Below are positions 58,842 through 64,000 of a stretch of DNA of 64,000 nt, piece by piece. The DNA is from Polyangiaceae bacterium. Lineage in GTDB: Bacteria; Myxococcota_A; Polyangia; Polyangiales; Polyangiaceae. Each line of letters starts with the position of its first letter. Positions within the stretch are counted from its first letter, which is position 1. The notes beneath the pieces are model-generated. The model did no database searches. It was not told where the DNA came from and saw nothing but the letters and a program-made list of their open reading frames with translations. Made by a program: the position numbers and the translations under genes. The stretch is from assembly GCA_033763455.1 (NCBI GenBank), contig JANRKO010000073.1, positions 32,001-96,000 on the forward strand, written 5' to 3'.

Positions 58842-59585
58842 ATGACACGCAAACGTCCCCTCATCTTGGCGCACCGTGGCGCACGGCAGGAGGCACCCGA
58901 GAATACCATCGCAGCCTTCCAACGCGGGCTCGAGCTCGGTGCGGACGGCTTCGAGCTCGACGTGCGTTTGAGCCAAGATCTTGAAGTCATCGTGTTGCAC
59001 GATCCGAGCACGCGACGAGTGGCCAAAGGCGCGCGTGCCCTTCGTGCTGAGAATCACGCCTATGCAGAACTCCGGCGGCTTGACCTTGGAGGGGGCGCTT
59101 ACATCCCCACGTTGCGCGAAGCCGTGGAGTTAGCCCGTGAACGCAGCGCCCTCGTGAATATAGAGCTCAAACACAATCTCAAGCGCAAGCGTCACCTCAT
59201 CGCCAAAGTTGTGGCCCTGTTGAATGAGATCCCGAACGCCCCGGAGTTTGTATTTCTATCAAGTTTTGACCCTCGCATTGTGTTTTCGCTGGCGCGCGCC
59301 TTGCCGAACCTGGAAGTCGGGTGGTTGGTTCATAAGAAGCAATTGTGGCTTCGCCGTGCACCGGGGTGGCCATGGGTAGGCGCTCGCGCCCTGCACCCCG
59401 AGCACAGCATGGTAACGCCCGCCCTCATTCAACGTGTCAAAGAACGCGGCGGGAAGGTGAACACCTGGACGGTGAACGAAGTGCACGAGGCGGAGCGACT
59501 CGCGGCTCTCGGCGTGGACTGCATTATTACGGATGTGCCAGGCGATATTGTGCACGGGCTTGGGGCGAGCATTCGAGCGGGCTAG
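58842..59585 (+). CDS. Glycerophosphodiester phosphodiesterase
   Basis: AHRG, PENT, ELDV, HD, NIELK, SSF, WTVN, IITD.P. Confidence 0.93.
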   Translation: MTRKRPLILAHRGARQEAPENTIAAFQRGLELGADGFELDVRLSQDLEVIVLHDPSTRRVAKGARALRAENHAYAELRRLDLGGGAYIPTLREAVELARERSALVNIELKHNLKRKRHLIAKVVALLNEIPNAPEFVFLSSFDPRIVFSLARALPNLEVGWLVHKKQLWLRRAPGWPWVGARALHPEHSMVTPALIQRVKERGGKVNTWTVNEVHEAERLAALGVDCIITDVPGDIVHGLGASIRAG

Positions 59586-59591
59586 GCATCC

Positions 59592-60500
59592 TTACTCACA
59601 TTCAGACCGACTCACCCGCACACCTGCCGGCACATTCTGCCGAAATCCGCCCGCTACCAGCGGCGGATTTTGGACCACATCTTTCACTTTGATCACAATA
59701 TCTCGCCCCAGGTACGGCACCTCCAGGCGAATGCGACCGGGCACTTCGGCGCTACACATGGGTCCAGATGGCGGAATATCCGGGGAAAAACCATCCGGAT
59801 CTTTCCAAGGCTCCGCCAAATTGCGCGCGCGGTGGCCTTCTAGCTCAGCTGTGTAAAGGGGCACACCAGCCTGCTCTACCCGCACCTGCAAGACACGCAG
59901 GCGTTGTTCGCGCCAGGGTTTGTCGTAGTCGCTCGCATACGGCTCAAGCACTATTACCTGCTCGGCTTGGTGCTTGCTGCGAACTTTGATTTCGTAGTTA
60001 CCATTCCAGCTTATCGACGCCTGCTCTGGCTCATGCACCAACACCGGTGCCTCGCCGCGCAGAAGCTGCACCAAGACAAACGGCGGCACTGGCACCTGAG
60101 TTAGCCGAGCTACGTTGCACTCTGTGGCTTTACCCCTAAGAAAGCTGCGCGCGCGGAGATCGTACAGTGAAAACTCCTGGCCATCTGCCGTGAGGGTGGA
60201 AAGCACCACACCGAAATTGCTGACGACATCAAGCCGCAGTTGCTCGGGAAGCACCGCGGCATACAGCAAGCTGATGCCACGAAACCGGCCTTCGTCGCCA
60301 AAATAGTCAATTTCGGCCTCGCCGCTCACCCCGCGGCTGCACGCATAGGTATCCGTAAGGCGATCGAGTGCGGCCTGTGCGTTTGGGAACTGCGAAGGCG
60401 GCGCTTGCCTACAGCCCGTTGCGGCAACAAACGACAGAGCCAGTGCTGCCATATGGCAGACACTGGCCGACCGCGTGTGCTGCGCCCCCTTAGTTACCAC
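59592..60500 (-). CDS. Hypothetical lipoprotein (LolA/LolB-like beta-rich fold possible)
   Basis: Lipobox ATGC, LR.D....FG..L..L..DG..F..YD pattern. Start 60500 (GTG) or 60452. Confidence 0.6.
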   Translation of the reverse strand: MVTKGAQHTRSASVCHMAALALSFVAATGCRQAPPSQFPNAQAALDRLTDTYACSRGVSGEAEIDYFGDEGRFRGISLLYAAVLPEQLRLDVVSNFGVVLSTLTADGQEFSLYDLRARSFLRGKATECNVARLTQVPVPPFVLVQLLRGEAPVLVHEPEQASISWNGNYEIKVRSKHQAEQVIVLEPYASDYDKPWREQRLRVLQVRVEQAGVPLYTAELEGHRARNLAEPWKDPDGFSPDIPPSGPMCSAEVPGRIRLEVPYLGRDIVIKVKDVVQNPPLVAGGFRQNVPAGVRVSRSECE

Positions 60501-62112
60501 GCAGCGATTCAAAGAGATCGTAATCAGGTGAAGCGAGCTCCACCTTGATCCGTTGCACGCCAATATCCGCCTGCTCCAGCAAACGCGCCAAGCCCATGCC
60601 ATCCATCAAGTGGACGGCGGCGGCGCCCGGAGCGGACGCTTCTTCACGCGCGCCACTCAAGATTTGCCCAAGCGTTACGATCATGCCCACCTGGGCGGAG
60701 CCATAGTGGTGAAGTGTGCCGCGCAATTCGGAAACGCGCTCACGACCAACCTCACGGCCATCACGTCGAATGACGAGCGCGACACTCACCTCGCCTGTTT
60801 CACTGTGCAGGCGACCGGCGAAATGCAGCTCGCTAGGCGGCGCGCCTGGCCTCCGCACGGGGCGCAGGCTGCGTACTTGCGCTTGCTCCAACGCAACTTG
60901 CACGAGCTCTCCGAGCGCGCGCGGTGGCATGGCCGTCAGCTGACGTAAAAGGACCCGGCGAGCCAACTCACGGTAGCGAGTTGTAAGCGCGAATATGTCG
61001 CGTTCCAGGCGACCGAGCTCCCCATCTTGCGACTCCACGAGGCCCACACGCCCGGAATTGATCCGGAAGCGAGGACGCTGGCCGTCGCGCTGACGACGCG
61101 TGTTGTCGGCACGCAGGCACGCATGCACGACGCCTTCAGCGCTCTGAGCATCGACCACACGCCCTTTGCGCATGGCCGCGTCAGCAAGTGCTCGTAAGGG
61201 CGCCATCCCACGCCCGCGCGATTGCAAAAGCTGTTCGAGAACATCGGCCAGCTCCGCCCCAACGAGCTCGTCACCGGCGGGGATCGCTTCATCCCTGCGT
61301 GAATCATCTCGACGTCCTTCTTCGCGACGCGACTCGTCTCGCCTTCCATCATCGCGGCCACGGCGGCCTTCATCTCGATCACGGCGGCCTTCGTCGGGGG
61401 GACGGCGGGACTCCAGACCTCTTTCGCGCTGCTGCCGCGGGCCGTCTGCGAAGTCGGGGCGTAACGTCCCTTCCTCTGTTGCGCTGAGTGCGGAGCTTTC
61501 GCCCAATGCAGCGACAACCGCCTCGATGGGTGCATCGGAAACGGTGTAGGACGGCAAGCCTGAACGATCTTCGTCCCCCCTTCGACGCCGACGGTTGCGG
61601 CGAGGACGCCGGCCGTCTTCATCTCCGCCGTCGGCCGGAGCCGCAACGGGATCTGGCCCACCGAGGATCGGCTCCTCGTCGTCATCTTCGGTCGAGAACA
61701 GTTGTTGCCCGCCAGCTGCAAACTGCGCTCGCTTGACCTCTTCCTCATCCGGACCCGGCAAATCATCGGGTGGGGCCCCGGAAGCGTGGCCGTTGTGGTC
61801 CCCCACGCCGTTACCAGCTTCGAGGCCATCATGGATCATGTTGATGGCAGGCGTGCGGTCAGCCAGGCCCTTATCGATCGTGGATTGATCCCAGTCACGA
61901 AGTGCGAACACGCCGGGTTTGATGCGGATGAGCGGGTTATCTTTTTCCCCTTTTTTCACGAGCGCCGCGAGGCGAGCTCCCATCGTAACCTCGGGGCTCT
62001 TGCCCACGTGACTTAGGAAGTTCTTCTCAATCGCAACGTCTGTAATTTCCTTATAGTGCAGGGGTTTTCCGACGAGGCGCAGTACTTTCGCCGCAGCTTC
62101 GGTAAAAGTCAT
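60490..62112 (-). CDS. HARE-HTH protein with charged disordered linker and degenerate Mrr-like C-terminal domain
   Basis: MTF.EAA..VL...GKPLHYKEI...P..TM...L; D/E/R-rich middle; V..LRG, G..VT.G, A..EA, L.DG..L..L....IGV. Confidence 0.75.
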   Translation of the reverse strand: MTFTEAAAKVLRLVGKPLHYKEITDVAIEKNFLSHVGKSPEVTMGARLAALVKKGEKDNPLIRIKPGVFALRDWDQSTIDKGLADRTPAINMIHDGLEAGNGVGDHNGHASGAPPDDLPGPDEEEVKRAQFAAGGQQLFSTEDDDEEPILGGPDPVAAPADGGDEDGRRPRRNRRRRRGDEDRSGLPSYTVSDAPIEAVVAALGESSALSATEEGTLRPDFADGPRQQRERGLESRRPPDEGRRDRDEGRRGRDDGRRDESRREEGRRDDSRRDEAIPAGDELVGAELADVLEQLLQSRGRGMAPLRALADAAMRKGRVVDAQSAEGVVHACLRADNTRRQRDGQRPRFRINSGRVGLVESQDGELGRLERDIFALTTRYRELARRVLLRQLTAMPPRALGELVQVALEQAQVRSLRPVRRPGAPPSELHFAGRLHSETGEVSVALVIRRDGREVGRERVSELRGTLHHYGSAQVGMIVTLGQILSGAREEASAPGAAAVHLMDGMGLARLLEQADIGVQRIKVELASPDYDLFESLRGN

Positions 62113-62412
62113 TGGTAGTTTTTCTCTCTAGAATGAACGTGCCACACGGGCAACGCAGGGTTTCGCTTATGGCTCAAGGGGTGGCCCCGCCCGGTCAATG
62201 ATTGCCGATCCCAAAGCCTGAACAGTTGAACAACGCTTGCCGCGTATCATGCCCAAAACCCCGCACGCAAACTACCCCAGCCTCGCGGGACCAACTTTCG
62301 CCGGGTGGGCGGGTTCCCCGCGAGGCCCAGACGAGGGCAATTTCCCCCAAAAACACGGTCTCACCCGAAACTTCGAGACCACCCCAGCAACCTGTTAGAG
62401 AAGTGGGTTCCC

Positions 62413-63483
62413 GTGCAACTCCAACTCGACGTACCCCTGGCACCGCTCACTACCCTGAAGCTCGGCGGCACTGCCAGCCACTTCGTCCATGCATCCGAGC
62501 CCCAAGAACTTTCAGAGGCCATTCGCTTCGCCAAAGAAGAAGGGCTGCCGCTCTACGTACTTGGCGGAGGCAGCAATCTAGTGGTGGCTGATAGCGGCGT
62601 GCGAGGCCTCGTGGTGCAGCCCGCGCTTTCGGGACTCACGTTTGAGCCAGAGGGCGACCACGTGGTGGCGACTGTCGGTGCTGGGGTTCTGTGGGACACC
62701 TTCGTGGCAAACTCAGTGGAGCGGCAGCTCCAGGGCCTGGAGTGCTTGAGCGGGATCCCAGGGTTCGTGGGAGCCACGCCGATCCAAAATGTCGGAGCCT
62801 ATGGGCAGGAGGTGGGAGAGGTGGTGGTAAGCGTATCTGCACTCGATCGCCAGACGGGTGCCTCCGTGGAGTTCAGCAATGAGGAGTGCCGCTTCAGCTA
62901 TCGCGACTCATTCTTCAAGAGTGCAGCGGCGGAGCGGTTTCTCGTGACCGAAGTAAAGTTTAGATTAACACCTAACGGCTCGCCTGCCGTTCGCTACGCA
63001 GAGCTCGCACGTTATTTCGCGAGTGAAGGGATCTCCAAGCCCACCCTAGCCGCCACACGTCGCGCCATCCTGCACCTCCGGCGCCAGAAATCGATGCTCC
63101 TCGACGAAAGCGACCCCAACGGGCGTAGCTGCGGCTCGTTTTTCGTGAACCCCATCGTGAGCCAAGCCAAGCTCGACCTCATCCAAAAAGGCTCAGCGGA
63201 TAAGGTTCCGAGTTTTCCGCAACCGAACGGCGACCAAAAGCTCGCCGCAGGTTGGCTCATAGAACACGCGGGCCTCAGCCGAGGCTTTTCCCAGGGGCCG
63301 GTGGGGCTCTCAACGAAACATTGCCTCGCACTGGTTGCTCATCAGGGGGCCACCACGCGGGACCTCATCGCTCTCGCGAGGACGGTGCGTGAGCGCGTCC
63401 ATGCAAAGTTCGGGGTGGATCTTGTCCCAGAACCGAACTTCTGGGGGTTTCACGAGTTCGCAGCTGGCCTTCCCAAAAGCTAG
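62413..63483 (+). CDS. murB: UDP-N-acetylenolpyruvoylglucosamine reductase
   Basis: LGGGSNL, GLE.L.GIPG..G..PIQN.GAYG, F.YRDS.FK, GSFF.NP, H.L, L..EP. Confidence 0.96.
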   Translation: MQLQLDVPLAPLTTLKLGGTASHFVHASEPQELSEAIRFAKEEGLPLYVLGGGSNLVVADSGVRGLVVQPALSGLTFEPEGDHVVATVGAGVLWDTFVANSVERQLQGLECLSGIPGFVGATPIQNVGAYGQEVGEVVVSVSALDRQTGASVEFSNEECRFSYRDSFFKSAAAERFLVTEVKFRLTPNGSPAVRYAELARYFASEGISKPTLAATRRAILHLRRQKSMLLDESDPNGRSCGSFFVNPIVSQAKLDLIQKGSADKVPSFPQPNGDQKLAAGWLIEHAGLSRGFSQGPVGLSTKHCLALVAHQGATTRDLIALARTVRERVHAKFGVDLVPEPNFWGFHEFAAGLPKS

Positions 63484-63665
63484 ACGCCCCGTACAAGCCG
63501 TCCCCCTCCGGTGGCCCTCCACCCCACCGCGATCTTTTTCCGCAGCAAGTGCCCCATAGTCAGATTGACGGGGCACCTCACGCGATGCACCCTTCTTGGG
63601 CCCCCATACGGGAACGGCCGCGCAGGTGCGCCGAGCCGCTACCATCGAAACACTCAAGGGACCTA

Positions 63666-64000
63666 ATGGTAAAACCAGACGCCCGACCAAGGCACAAGCT
63701 GTTGCAGTTTCCGCTCGGAGCTGGCGTGGCAATGTTGTTGCTGACAGGCTGCGGGGCCACAAGCAGCGACGGCGCAAAGAGCGGCAACCCCAAGGGGCCG
63801 AGCACCGCGGCAACCACTACATCCACGGTTCCCCCTGCGATGGTGTTTCCGCCCCCGGTAATCCCCGAATGTGGCACCCCCATCACCCCAGGGCCCGGGC
63901 TACTCCGCCGCCTCACGAATGAAGAGTACATCCGCTCGGTGAGGGACATTTTCTACTTAACGCCGGATGAGGTCTCACAGCTTCAACCTCTCCTGCAAAA
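63666..64000 (+). CDS. DUF1587/DUF1592-family lipoprotein (partial, runs off window end)
   Basis: Hand translation: MVKPDARPRHK...LLLTGC lipobox, then LRRLTNEEYIRSVRDIF; not in ORF track. Confidence 0.8.
   Translation, partial: MVKPDARPRHKLLQFPLGAGVAMLLLTGCGATSSDGAKSGNPKGPSTAATTTSTVPPAMVFPPPVIPECGTPITPGPGLLRRLTNEEYIRSVRDIFYLTPDEVSQLQPLLQ

Noticed and set aside
60490..62112. Active type IV restriction system
   Set aside because: Catalytic residues look replaced and the context is housekeeping.
62113..62412. ncRNA or riboswitch in the divergent gap (also 6700-6830)
   Set aside because: Some GC hairpins but no recognisable RNA family motif; an Rfam/Infernal scan would be needed.

Overview
Gene-dense, GC-rich chromosome of a diderm bacterium. 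Its gene content (many lipoproteins, DUF1800/DUF1501, a DUF1587-type protein, a HARE-HTH/Mrr-like protein, dprA-topA-trmFO, CsrA-FliW, sigma54 control, Ser/Pro-rich linkers) suggests Myxococcota, probably Polyangiaceae-like. That assignment is an inference, not a computed result. The centre (about 6.9-40.8 kb) is an apparently intact flagellar cluster of about 40 genes: export apparatus, MS/C rings, rod, L/P rings, hook, junction, one short flagellin, cap, FlhF, FliA/FlgM, CsrA/FliW and a receiver-less sigma54 activator. Sigma54 and sigma28 promoters are readable in the sequence. motA/motB, flhG/fleN and che genes are absent from the window, FliM lacks its CheY-binding peptide, FlgJ is split and FliK is short. 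Two unexplained genes sit in the filament block: a flagellin-C-terminus-like ORF and a methyltransferase-TPR. The flanks carry a partial GH44 lipoprotein missed by the ORF track, a desaturase, FprA-like reductase, rel, hemW, trmFO, topA, dprA, murB and several uncharacterised lipoproteins. I found no rRNA, tRNA, CRISPR array or mobile element.
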